Of a stretch of 64,000 nt of DNA, positions 38,216 through 51,835 are shown one piece after another. The translations under genes were made by a program, and so were the position numbers. The stretch's first letter is position 1, and every line of letters begins with the position of its first letter. This DNA comes from Octopus vulgaris (lineage: Eukaryota), in NCBI GenBank assembly GCA_951406725.2, contig OX597827.1, positions 34,782,001 through 34,846,000 of the forward strand, in the 5' to 3' direction. Below the pieces are notes generated by a model that was not told where the DNA came from, did not search any database, and worked only from the letters and a program-made list of their open reading frames with translations.

Positions 38216-39130
38216 CTTCCAAACTTCCCCTCCTTCCTAGCCTTACCTCTGATCATTGTTGGCCACTGCCTCCTGACTCACAAAAGACCCCTTATAATTC
38301 TTCTTTTGCACTCTCTTCTTCCAACTCCACACTTCAGTATAAACCTTTACTAACCAGTGAAAGTTCTTCTCCCCTTCCACCAGTTCTTCACCTTGTATTT
38401 TTACTGTTGTGTCCACTGACCAAAATTCTCTTTCTCTCCTTCCCCAGTCATCAATAACACACTTCTACTATTCAATGAGGGAAACTTTATGTGGTCATTT
38501 ATGCTGCTGGAAATGGCAGCCAAATTTTCATCAAATTGTACTCCACCGTCTTAAATTGGAAAATTAGAAAGGGAAACATAGACAACATAGTCCTACATTC
38601 ACTCTAAAACCATGGGGTGGTCATGATGGGAAGGCCTTTAATTATAGGTCTAATTAATAAAGTTGTCCTGTGGGGAAAGATAAACAACCATATAAACAGC
38701 AGCAATACAATTTCCTCAATCATGTCCTGGCTTCACCTTTACACTGAATAATTCAGCCTTCTCCCCATGTTTTTCCACTAACATAAATCTCTCCCTCTCT
38801 CGTTTGCTCTTTCTCTCCAAGTCCCAGCAGTGACCAGTACAACTGTACACACACTCTGTTTCTTTAAAGCACAACCACTTGACCAATGTAAATACAATAT
38901 AATACCTTCCCCTTCCTCAATCATTCTACAGCCATGCTATTTATGTTCAGCTGTCCTCTTTCTCACTTTGTCCCAGTCCTGCAAATTGACCAGTGGAGCA
39001 GCACCCCACCCTCTTCCTCAATATCTCATGATTTCCTTCCACAACCGAACCACTAACCAGTGTATGTCCCTAGATAATGATAACCATAATAATAATAATA
39101 ATAATGATAATAATGATAATTATGATAATG

Positions 39131-39167
<37 letters not shown>

Positions 39168-39653
39168 TAATAATAATAATAATGATAATTATTATTACCC
39201 CAAAAATAATTTTTATTATATCTTTTGTAAAACGACAACAACAACAATAATACTAATACTAATACTAATAATAATAATAATGATAATGAAGATGACGACG
39301 ATGATGATGATGATAATGATAATAATGATAATAATAATGATAGTGGTAGTAGTACTGATATTATATTTCTTTGTTAAAACTTGCGGGCCTTATAGCTGAA
39401 ATGACAAATCAATTGGGACTGTATAAATCTGGGCAGTACTTCATGTGGTTGTGGTTCAGAAATGGTTGTGACTCCACTGCACCAGATAACTGCATTGGTT
39501 GGTGGATTGGTTTGTGAGGGGAGGTATAGGGTTGGGGTTGGTCACTTGTTTAGTGTAGAGAAAACACTGCATTAAAAAGTGATAGTATTTTAAAAAAATC
39601 TTACTGATATATAAACACACGTAACCATATCAATAAAAAAACTGAATGCTTTA

Positions 39654-39694
<41 letters not shown>

Positions 39695-39723
39695 CACACC
39701 ACTCACATATGAAGCATGGTTGA

Positions 39724-39777
<54 letters not shown>

Positions 39778-39987
39778 TATATATACATATATATATTTGC
39801 ATGTATATATGTATGTATATGAAACGTGCTCATTCATATAAATACAGGGCATTTAACATGAAAGGGCTCAATAACTGTAGTAAAAGTTAAATAAACAAGT
39901 GCTATGACAACGCTTTTGCAAATGTGGAACAGAAATAAGGGTAATCTTGAATATAAAGTGCAAAGTAGATATGCATAACTACCTTTG

Positions 39988-40120
<133 letters not shown>

Positions 40121-40204
40121 ATGTATATGTATGTATGTATATATAGATAAATAGACAGATAAATAGATAGATACATACATACATACACATACACAATTAC
40201 ATAC

Positions 40205-40246
<42 letters not shown>

Positions 40247-40711
40247 ACACACATATTTACACAAATACACACACATGTATGTATACACATAACATCTGGT
40301 AGAATTGTTAGTGTAGCATTCAAAATGCTTAGTACCATTTCTTCTGTCCCTGTACATCCTGAGTTCAAATCCTGCTAAGGCTAGTTTTGCCTTTAATCCT
40401 TTTGTGACCAACAAAATGAAGTAACATTCAAAGTACTGGATCAATGTAATCAACTAACTTGTTCTTCTTTAACTTGGTGGTCATGTGCCAAAATGTGTTA
40501 CAATTATTATAGACTTATATATTTGGACTGAATAGTTTGTATGTATCATGAAATAATTATAAATCCTCATCTCTGAAAGTTGGACAAAAATAGTTGCATT
40601 ATATTAAAAAATTTCTTTTATGTTTTTTGTTCCATAGTCAGAGTTGTTTAAAGTATAAGCTTGAACACACGTATTAAGGTAGGTAAGAACAAACCGCCTA
40701 TGGTTATAGAA

Positions 40712-40768
<57 letters not shown>

Positions 40769-40771
40769 TAA

Positions 40772-40806
<35 letters not shown>

Positions 40807-40815
40807 TAATAATAA

Positions 40816-40930
40816 TATAACTTCTCTTTCTTCTATCTTCTGATAAACCTGTGTTTCATACTGATATCAGGAAATTGTTATATGCTATATATAATGGAAT
40901 ATCACTGTATTTTTAACTATCAACTAGTAT
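40816..40930 (+). repeat. ~115-bp direct duplicate of 42888-43002, embedded in (AAT)n
   Basis: TTCTCTTTCTTCTATCTTCTGATAAACC..TTTTTAACTATCAACT.GTAT at both sites, about 3 differences. Confidence 0.9.
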
Positions 40931-40951
40931 AATAATAATAATAATAATAAC

Positions 40952-41011
<60 letters not shown>

Positions 41012-41952
41012 TTCAAGTAGGAATAGCAACTTCCCAGATCTCAGATTTACGTCAATGGTTACAGTACTGCCTTTGAACAAAAGTAATATACAAAGAGCCA
41101 AGATCTTAATTTTGTTTAGTTTCAGTCTAAATATCTGAATAAAAGATTCCACTACTTCATTTATGAAATGTAGCAGTTCAGAAAGAGGACTTAATTGTCA
41201 TGAGCAGGTATTCTAATATCTGATTTGGCTGTTTATTTCATTATTTACATGTTTTTGCAAAAGTACAGCCTTTGATCAATGAACAGTAAGCAAGGCATAT
41301 AACTCTACCTGCTTGAAATGGCTTGGATGACAAACACGTTCTACACTTATTCTTCACATTTGAATAGTTAACATTAGAAAAGGCAGGAATCCAGCTGTAA
41401 AAATGCTCCCCCACCCCATTCTATGAAACCAGCTTGATTTAGCTTCTTTTGACTCTAAAGATAAACTCTAATAAACTAGTTTCAGTTCCCAGCTGGAACA
41501 GTTAAACTTCCTTTATATTGTTAATGCTGCATTAGGGAGGTGGAGATAATCACAAACTTTTACAACCCTCAATTCCAGCTCTGTGTTTTTATCTCAGGTA
41601 ATATATCTACATAACATGAAATTAATTAGGGCATTAGATTTGGTATGAGTGAATAGTAAGAAGGCACTAAATGCTTTGTAGAAACTTGTGGTGCTTCTTT
41701 TGTTCCTACTTGAATCTAAAGGGACATATTTCAAACTATAGGAGCAGATATATATCAATTAGATATTTAAATATGTATCTATATATATGTGAATGCATAT
41801 ATATATATATAACAAAGTGAAGTTGTAAGGTACCGCACAAGTAGAAATATATATGAAAGAAGGTTTGAAAATGCAATTTTAACAATGTTTATTCACATCT
41901 TTAAAACTGCATTTTCAAACCTCCTTTCATATATATATATATATATATATAT

Positions 41953-42100
41953 AGGAAAAGTTTACGAAAATAAGCAAAAGACGAAGGCAGGTGGTGTACA
42001 AACAAACAGATGTATTAGTATAGCGCTCAGGAATAGAAAAAGTCTTTTACGTTTCGAGCCTACGCTCTTCTACAGAAAGATACACAGAAAAAAAAAAATA
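41953..42100 (-). mobile_element. Small element in (TA)n with minimal hammerhead variant
   Basis: GTATTA..CGCTCAGGAA motif shared with 5447-5655; (TA)n on both sides. Confidence 0.65.
42043..42080 (-). ncRNA. Minimal type I hammerhead variant (CUGUAGA core)
   Basis: Minus: TCTTT-CTGTAGA-A-GAGC-GTAG-GCTC-GAAA-CG-TA-AAAGA. Confidence 0.6.
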
Positions 42101-42832
42101 TATATATATATACTCACACTTACTCCTATACACACATGCATATATGCATACTGACACATAATAATGATAATGATAATTATCATTATATATGCATATATAT
42201 GTGTATGAATATACATATGTGTAAGTATATACATACATATATGTGTTTCTTTTATTCTTATATTCTTTTAGCGGTTTCAGTAAATGGAGCTCTGCCTCAT
42301 TTTTATTTTTGTTTATTAATCTATTACCTTTTTTTTCTCTCTTTAAATGAAAGAGGTATGCTTTTTCAGTTCTCTTCCATTTTAAGACTAGAGCTGCTGG
42401 CAGCTTTAGGTGAGGAAATATATACAGAATGAAAAATGTTTTGGCATAAGCTGTACATAAAATAACAAAACAAAATAAAAACAGCAAAAATAAAAAAGGA
42501 ATGATAAAAAGAGAAAACTAGAAACAGAAGGAGTGATAATAACAACAGCAATGTTTAGCCATCTTTTTTTGTGGGGTGGGAGTTAGTAAGTGGATAAGGA
42601 ACAATACTTCAAAATGAAACCTTTGAGTAGTTTTCACCTCCAAGTATAATTCTTTGCCCTTATTTCTGTTCTATCAGTAAAATCTATCTGGCATTCACAA
42701 CAAAACACCAACAAATAACAACATCAAACTAAAATAATAGACTTATTTTAAAAATTATCATATTCCATGGCAGGTCCATGATATGGTGGTAAGTTGTTAA
42801 TAAAAATAATGATGATAGTATTAATAATAATA

Positions 42833-42889
<57 letters not shown>

Positions 42890-44048
42890 TAATTTCTCTT
42901 TCTTCTATCTTCTGATAAACCTGTGTTTCATACTGATATCAGGAAATTGTTATATACTATATATAATGGAATATCACTGTATTTTTAACTATCAACTTGT
43001 ATGAAAATCAAACACAGCAAATTAGAAGTAGTTGCTAAATCATTGACAAATTTTCCTTCCAAATATATAAAAATATCTCATTGATTTGTTAAACATATTT
43101 CTAAGCAAAATAGCCTAGATATTTCCTTATAAGATTTTCTTTCATCCCTCCAACACCTTTGCCATTGCTATTCTGATTTTAACAATTTTCAATTCATTTA
43201 TTTTATTTTAAATCAACTGAATTTCAATTTTTTTTTTACTTTTAAATTTAATTTCATCTTCTTTTAGTTTTCTCTTCTACTTTTCACATTCATCATGTAA
43301 AACCATATCTGTTTGAATCTGCTGTTCTCACTTATATCAAACTATATTTTCAATGATTTTACCCCCTTGCAGGATAGATGTTTAAATAGTCAAAAGTAAA
43401 ATCAAACTAGATATCTTCCTTTAATGCAGTTTAGAACATTTTTGTTTCTGAGTTCATATCCCACCAAAGTAGACCATACCTATCATTACTCCAAGGGATG
43501 ATAAAATAAACAGCAATATTTTACTGAGCTCAGTTCAATTAATTACAGCCCTTTCCCACAAAAAAATATCAAAGCAAACTTATTGGCCATGTGCCTACAC
43601 AAAACTAACTGGCCTTATGCCTAGACCCTCTCCCTTAAATTAAAAGCAATATTTCCTGCCATTCAAAAGCAATATGATGAGCACCAGAGAAAAAGGGATA
43701 AAATTCTTGGCACCTGAATAAGTGGCATGGTTTAGACTATGCCTGGGGTCCTTCCTTTTAACTTATGCTGCTAATGCCCTTGGAAAAGGCATGAACATCA
43801 AAACTCCTTTCTACAGTTCCCCCACCCCTTTTCCTTAAAATATTGGGTCTTTGTGCCTGAATGAAAAGAATGCAATAATAAGCAATAATTTGCCCTTATG
43901 AACAAAGAAAGGGGTTTAAAAAAAAAGAATAAATTAACAAAAAAAATTGGATACAAAAAATATCAATAATGAAACAAAAGCAATACAAAACAAAAAGCAA
44001 TAATTCTTAAAGTAGTATTATATGTGTGTGTATGTATGTGTGTGTGTG

Positions 44049-44114
<66 letters not shown>

Positions 44115-44159
44115 TCCATACATGTATGCATATGTGTAATGTTTTTCTTTGTTTCCATA

Positions 44160-44199
<40 letters not shown>

Positions 44200-44643
44200 A
44201 TATGTAAAATTTTTGTGTTGTTTCCACAAATATATGTTTAATGCCAACAAACAGGCATTCCCAAAACAACAATTTAAAAAGTAATAAAAGCAATAAAAGT
44301 AATAATAATAATAATAAAAGCAATAATAATAATAATGATTTCCAAAAGCAATAATAATCACAATAATTTCCAAAAGCAATAAAGAACTGTAAGGATGTGT
44401 GTATGTGATGTGATTGTATACATGTGTGTAATTATGTGCACATGGCATTTTATATGTTTATATGTGTGTAATTGTGTGTGTGTATGTATATGTTGCATTG
44501 AGAAGTTGGATGTAGTTTTAATGGTTTTTTTTTCAATGATTCCACTTCTCTCTCTTTTTGTCTCTTTTTCTCTCTTCTTTTCTCTTTCTATCACCTTTTT
44601 TTCTGTCTGTCTGTCTATCTGTTTGTCTCTCTTTTACTTTATC

Positions 44644-44692
<49 letters not shown>

Positions 44693-45111
44693 CATCATAT
44701 TTTTTTTTACTTTTTCCCTCCTCTCGGCCTCTTAATGGACTTCAGCCTGACTTGTTGATCAAGGTGGGGGTGACTTCAGTACAGAGAAAATAACTAAAGT
44801 TTCTCAAGCAATATTATAAAAAAAAAAAAATCAAAACTAAAATTACAATTCTGTTGAAAGTGACGATTGATAACAAGAACAACATGAACAATAGCTGCAC
44901 AGCAACAACAACAACAACAGCTGCAGTAACTACAGCAACAACAATAGCAAATTAGTACTGCGACGACAACAACGACAACAGCTGCAGTTGCATTTACTAC
45001 TACTACAACAACAACAACAACAATAACAACAAAAATAACAGTGGTGACAATAACAACAACAACAATAGTATAGCTACAGCACAGAAACAACAGCAACAAC
45101 ATCCTTGTTGT

Positions 45112-45655
45112 TGTTGTTGTTCTTCTTCTTCTTCCAATCAGGACTCATGCCATTAGCCACAAAGAATAATCTCTAATTTGAGCCTACTCTAAGCTACTAA
45201 GAATGCATGTGGCAACTTGAAGATCCATCCACCACACGCGATGCATGTGGCAACTTGAAGATCCCCCCACCACACGCGATAGACTGGCAGTTGCACGGGC
45301 ACGAAAGCTTTATTGTTATCCTCATTCCGTAAACGGTGGCTTTTAACGGGTGAAGAGCTAAACCAACCATCCTGGGGTACAGGATTCGCAATCTAGACCA
45401 GGATCTGAAAGTTTACCACACCATGGTGGGTTACACCATGGTTCCTCTGCTTTGTGGCAGAAGTAGGAAGAAAGAGTGAGAGAAAGTTGTGGTGAAAGAA
45501 TACAGCGGGGTTCACCACCCACCCCGCTGCCGGAGCCTCATGGAGCTTAGGTGTTTTTGCTCAATAAACATTCACAATGCCTGGTTTGGGAATCGAAACC
45601 GCGTTCTTACGACTGCGAGTCCGCTGCCCTAACCACCGGGCCATTGCGCCTCCAA
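45112..45655 (-). mobile_element. SINE family B with long distinct tail and 14-bp TSD
   Basis: TSD AACATC(C/A)TTGTTGT at 45098-45111 and 45656-45669; internal 38-bp tandem duplication 45203-45280; (GAA)n(CAA)n tail. Confidence 0.8.
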
Positions 45656-46369
45656 AACATCATTGTTGTCTTCAGTGACTGTTTCTTATGTTGAAAGTCT
45701 TCAATTTTCTCCTCACTGAGTGTTTCTACCTCCAGGTTCAGTCCATTGTACGAATCAAATGGAATGAATATGGTAAAGAAGAGCTGGCACAAGTAACAAC
45801 AACAGTAACAATACTGACAATAATGACAACAACAAGAAGAATGATATTGACAACAACAACTACTGCAAAGTATAAGGACAGTAATAATAAAAGAATAAAG
45901 CACTAAGAACAAAGCAAGAAGAATAAGGCAATAAAGGAACAGCAACAATATGACAGCAACAACAACAGAAACGATAAGGCAGTAATGACAACAATAATGG
46001 TAAGAACAGCAGCAATATCAAAGCAACAGTGAGAGCAATAAGGCAATAAGGCAATAAGGCAATAACAGCAACAGTAATAACAAGTGTAATAATTAGAACA
46101 ATAACAACAACAATAACAATAGCAATAATGGAATAATAGTAGCAGCAAAAACAAGAAAAAACAAGAGTAAGGCAATGACAACAGCAAAGAAGCAATAACT
46201 GCAAGGAAAACGAGAATATGATAACGAAATAACAACAACAATAAGACAGAAGTGATGTAATTGAGATAATAACAATAAAGACAGCAATAGTCTGAAAAAA
46301 TAAGAATGGCAATCAATATTTGATATAATACAACAGCAATGACAACACCAACAACTACAACAACAATGG

Positions 46370-47130
46370 AGCAATAACTATAACAACAACAGCACCGGTA
46401 GAGTAATGATATAACAACAGCAACAAAAGAGAAATAACTATAGCAACAATAGCAACAACCATGGCAACAATAGCAACAGAGCAATAACTATAGCAACATC
46501 AAAGCAACAACTACATCAGCAATAGCAACAACTGTGGCAACAACAGCACAACAGAGCAATAACTATAGCAACAATTGCAACAACAGAGCAATAAACATAG
46601 CAACAACAGCAACAGTAGAGCAATAAGTATAACAACGATAGCAACAACTATGGCAATAATAGCAACAAAGCAATAACTATAGCAACATCAAAGCAATAAC
46701 TACATCAGCAATAGCAACAACTGTGGCAACAATAGCACAACAGAGCAATGACTATAGCAACAATTGCAACAATAGCAACAGAGCAATAGCTATAGCAACA
46801 TCAAAGCAATAACTACATCAGCAATAGCAACAACTGTGGCAACAACAGCACAACAGAGCAATGACTATAGCAACAATTGCAACAACAGAACAATTAACAT
46901 AGCAACAACTGTAACAGTAGAGCAATAAGTATAACAACAATAGCAACAACCATTGCAACAATAGCAACAGAGCAATAACTATAGCAACATCAAAGCAATA
47001 ACTACATCAGCAATAGCAACAACTGTGGCAACAATAGCACAACAGTAGCAATAACTATAGCAACAACTGTAACAAAAGAGCAATAAATATAGCAACAATA
47101 GCAATAACAGAGCAGTAACTATAACAACAG
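46370..47130. repeat. Higher-order repeat built from CAA/GCA/TAA triplets
   Basis: GCAACATCAAAGC recurs near 46493, 46682, 46795, 46985. Confidence 0.8.
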
Positions 47131-47656
47131 AACATGGTCAGAACCTAATGTTTTGTGTGTGATTTGAGTGAAGATGATGGTGCTAAATATAGGGATTAGT
47201 TGAAGACAGATCCAAGTTTTAACTAGCAACCAAGTAATAAACCCTTGTTAAGGTTCTGTTATATCAACAACAACAACAACAACAACAACAACCAGTATAT
47301 GCTGAATAAGGAACAGAGAGCCCCTATATGGTCACTGAATCTTTTGCAAAATAACTACCAAGTCTTCCTCAAATCTCTCCCTGCTGTTTTAAAAAAGGGT
47401 TGAAGGACATGTACACATTGGATAATGTGGTTCTGGAATGTTGACAAGATGGCCATGGTTGAAATACATTTCATCGAGGGCTGGCTTGAAACTAAACTAC
47501 AACTGGAAATATTATTGGTGCTGTGGAATAAGGATCCATCATTGTAGACCTATCATACCAGACAGCCATTAGCTCATGGTACAGAATCAAACATGGATAT
47601 GTTGATATATATATATAATGAGAGAAAAAGATGGGTGTGATCATTTCTTTATTACA

Positions 47657-47768
47657 TCTGTTACATATGTTTCTGTATTTGGTAATTAAATGATGTCACA
47701 CAATAAATACAATTCATAAACGCAAATTTATAAGTACAGCATACATAACGAAAATCTCCTTAGACAGA
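47657..47768 (-). ncRNA. Type I hammerhead, degenerate (CUGAGGA->CUAAGGA), within a ~160-bp element in (TA)n
   Basis: Minus: TCTGT-CTAAGGA-long stem II-GAAA-CATATG-TA-ACAGA; element ~47616-47775 between (TA)n tracts. Confidence 0.6.
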
Positions 47769-47824
47769 AAAGGAATATATATATATATATACTACAAGCG
47801 CTACTGTCTACAGCTGCTTCCACG

Positions 47825-47887
<63 letters not shown>

Positions 47888-48409
47888 GTCAAAGCTGCTA
47901 ATGCTATTACAGTAACTAATATTACCGGTAGCAAAAAAAAAAAATTATTGAAGACCCTATTTTTAGGTTCATTACTTAAGCAATAATCTTTCATTTAAAA
48001 GTCAGATCAAACATAGACCAACCAACCAACCAACCAACTAGAGACTGCAATTGCAACAACTAAAGCTTGTGGTTATTATTAGTAGTGTTGTAGTCATACA
48101 GCTTGTGTTGCTACTAGTTGAAATATGTATGATGTCTTTAGTACTGTCACCGCATTCATTTGTGGATTTCCATGTTGCTTATTTATCTATTTATTGCTTG
48201 AAACACTGCTTTTGATTGACACATCTAACATTGATTGCACCATGGATGGTCAATGCAGGGACCCTTAGTTATGAAACATATCATGCAAACTCTATGTGCA
48301 CACATCATACATATACACATATGCATGCAGACATGCATACATACATACATACATACATACATACATACATACATACATACATACATACATACATACATAC
48401 ATACATACA

Positions 48410-48885
48410 GTATGGTAGAAGCCATAGCCACTCATAATAAAAAGGAGTACTGGTGGAATGTCCCTGTGAAGACCTCAATGAAATGTAAGCACAACAGACC
48501 TGATATGATGATTTGGGATAGAGAAGAGAAACTGTGCACAGTTATGGAAATTAGTTGCCCAACGATGTTAACATAAAGCTGAAGATCAGTGAAAAAGAGA
48601 ACACCTATGCTGAACTATTGAGAAACCTGCAATTCAGGTTTATACCTGTAATTATTGGGGCCCTGGGATATGTAACACACTGCCTAAATACCAATCTTGA
48701 GAAATTAGGCTTCTCAAAACCAGAAAAGAGAAAGATAATTTGAAGACTACAGATCCAATCCATCAAAAGAACTAAAATTCTTTAAAACTTTCCAGAAGTT
48801 TATCATTTAAATATATATGAGCATGTCTAGATATGCAACTATATGCATGAGAATACACACATAAAGTAAAACATACAAATCTGTA
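48410..48885 (+). pseudogene. 3' fragment of an RLE-type (R4/Dong-like) LINE in a (CATA)n tract
   Basis: WWNVPV..HNRPDMMIWD..VMEISCP / EKENTYAEL..IPVIIGALG restriction-like endonuclease motifs across a frameshift; (CATA)n on both sides. Confidence 0.8.
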
Positions 48886-49869
48886 CACATACATACATAC
48901 ATACATACATACATACTTTTGAAGCAGGTAATCATTGGGTCCAAATTCCTAGTGTTAAACCATTCATATTAAATAAGGACACTAGATATATGTGTGTACC
49001 AACATACACATATACACGTCACATACATGTGATTTTGGATCATTAGAGCTTGGTATGAGCTGTGTTGAGATAACAAAGCATATTTGATCATACATATACA
49101 TATATAAATACACGCACACACAAATGCATATGCATGTAAACACATATACACATATACATAAATTCAAACTCGAGCTCTGCCCATGCATTTGGATTCAAAA
49201 GAAGAAATATTTCCATTCTTACTTCTGACAAACAATAACACAACAACAGCAACTGAAGGGATGTCAACCACCTCAACAACATCTGAACTGTTAAAATATT
49301 TCTTTGAAATATTTTCAAACTGCATCACTTTATTTTCAACAGACAATCGTCCACTTTATTCAGTTATATCATACAAAAGTTAAAAGAACAAATAAACAAC
49401 AGCATAATAAATAAATATAAGATAAATTCAATAAAGAAGAAATAAACAAATAACTGAAAAAAAACAAACAAAAAACAACAGAAATGAATATATGAAAGAA
49501 TTCCTTCAAGAAATATTTTGGAAAATGGAAGAATGAAAGAGCAATCACCAACTGTTTTTTTTTTTTTTTTTTTTTTGGTCAACATAGAGGCTGAATCATA
49601 AAAAGTCCATTGTCATAAGCAATAATTTAATTTTCTCAATTGGAGGGGAAAAGATTTTATTTAAGGAAAAAATAAAATAAAATAAAATGAATATAAAATA
49701 TTTCCAGACCTTTTTTTTTCCTAATGTGTTCAATTCCTGTTGTGGTATCTTGCAGAAAGAAAAAGTATCAATAAATTTAAAAATAGAATGAATATATATA
49801 TATATGTATATATATATATATTGTTGTATGATGATTCACTATTTGTGTTTGTATGTTTATCTATCTATT

Positions 49870-49917
<48 letters not shown>

Positions 49918-51251
49918 TGTATGTATCTATATTGTTGACATCGTAAAAATTTTATAAACTTTTGAGAGAACATTAAATCATTCTTTTTTGGGAATATCTT
50001 GAAGCATGCACATAAAACTATACATAATAGCATGAAAATATTTAGTTGATAATCTCTTTTGAATAAAAAAAAGTTGAAGGCTACAGCATACAATTCTTAC
50101 GGGTAACTTTTCTAAAATGGAATGAGAAATTCAAAGGATTGCTTTCATCCAATGATAGAATGCCTGTCATGTCTACGAGAGGTGTGAGTTTAATTCATAT
50201 GTGCAACTTTCAACTTTTTCTATCCAAAACGTGGTTTTCAGCCTAATATTTACATGCTGTTATAGCTTTATGTGTATGCTTTGCAATATTCCAGAAAAGA
50301 ATTTATTTGAATGTGTATATATATGTGTGTATACATGTGTGTGTGTACATATATATATATATATATATATGTATATGTAAAAAATTAGAAAAAAAACACC
50401 TTTTATCAATTCAAAATGAACAATGGTTAAGTAAATTGCAAAAAATAATAATAATAACGTTATATATGCTATTATTATTTTTTGCAATTTCCTTAATCAT
50501 TGACATTTTATTGCTATTTTAATTTTAATATTTTTATTACGTGTAATTTTCTAGATGGTGTAATTTAATTGTTCATTTTGAATTGATAAAAGGTGTTTTT
50601 TTCTAATTTTTTATATATATATTATATTGTGTGAAATTTGATTTAATATTTCTAAATTGAATTTTTTTCCTTGTAAGTTTGGATTTTATTCCCTCAAATA
50701 ATATATATATATATATATAAACATGTGCACACACACACGCACATATATATGTATATATGTGTGTGTGTGTGTGCAGATATATGTGTGTGAGTGGGTGTGT
50801 ACGTGTATGTGTGTGTGTATATATAATATATAAAATGAGCAGTATATACCTCTCTCTCTCTCTCAATTTATATATATGTGTGTATATATATATATATATA
50901 TACATCACGAGGGAGAGAGGTATATACTGCTCATTTGAAATTAATTTTTCTTTCTAACAGATTGTGTTTGTTGTTATCGAATTGGAGAAGATTTTTCAAA
51001 ATCCATGCAGTATCTCATCCAACCAGCTTCATTAAATTTGTTACAAAATTAGATTTAATAATGCTGTCGAATCCCTTGTCATGGACCAGTGGTAAAATTA
51101 GAAACTGAGCCTCTTTTGGAAGCACACAATATCTCTCTTGTTGTTGTGTTGCCTTTACTCATCTTCCTTTTGGAAACAAGTACATGGTGTTAATGCTGTT
51201 TTCTTGTAGGTTCAATGATTCAGCAAGTACACTCAAGTCTTGGTCATGTCT

Positions 51252-51835
51252 AGGCGCGAGAATGACTGTGTGTTTAAGAAACTTGCTTTGAAACCATGTA
51301 GCTTCAGGTTCAATCTTACTGCACAACACCTTGTCATCTACTATAGCTCCTGGCCAACCAATGCCTTGTGAGTGAATTTTGTTGAGAGTCTGTGTGGAAG
51401 CTAATTGTGAGTGTGTGTGTGTGTGTGTGTGTGTATTTGTCTTTGTTCCCCTCACTACTTGACAACCAGTGTTGGTTTGTTTAAATCTCCATAACTTAGC
51501 AGTTTGACAAAAGAGATCAATAGAATAAATCCTTTAGTGTTCAGATTATTGTCAAATGTAATGCTTATTTATTCACATTATTTGAAATTCATCCTGCATT
51601 ATCTTGTAGCCTTGAGATTTTGATGTGATTGTTTATATTTAAAACGACAATTTTTGGTAGGTATGAGAAGCTGGTCAGTTTGAACATAGAGCAAGTTGAG
51701 TATTTTAGTCAGACATGGCCAGTTTAAATGCTAAAGGACTAAAAACAAATTCTGGAATTAATCTGTTCAACTAAAACCCTTCAAGGTAGTGCCCTCAGCA
51801 TGGTCATCATACATTGACTGAAACAAAAGACAAAA
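51252..51835 (+). mobile_element. Old SINE family A copy interrupted by a MITE (51530-51738)
   Basis: Family A head and tail split by CCTTTAG..AATGCTAAAGG element. Confidence 0.7.
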
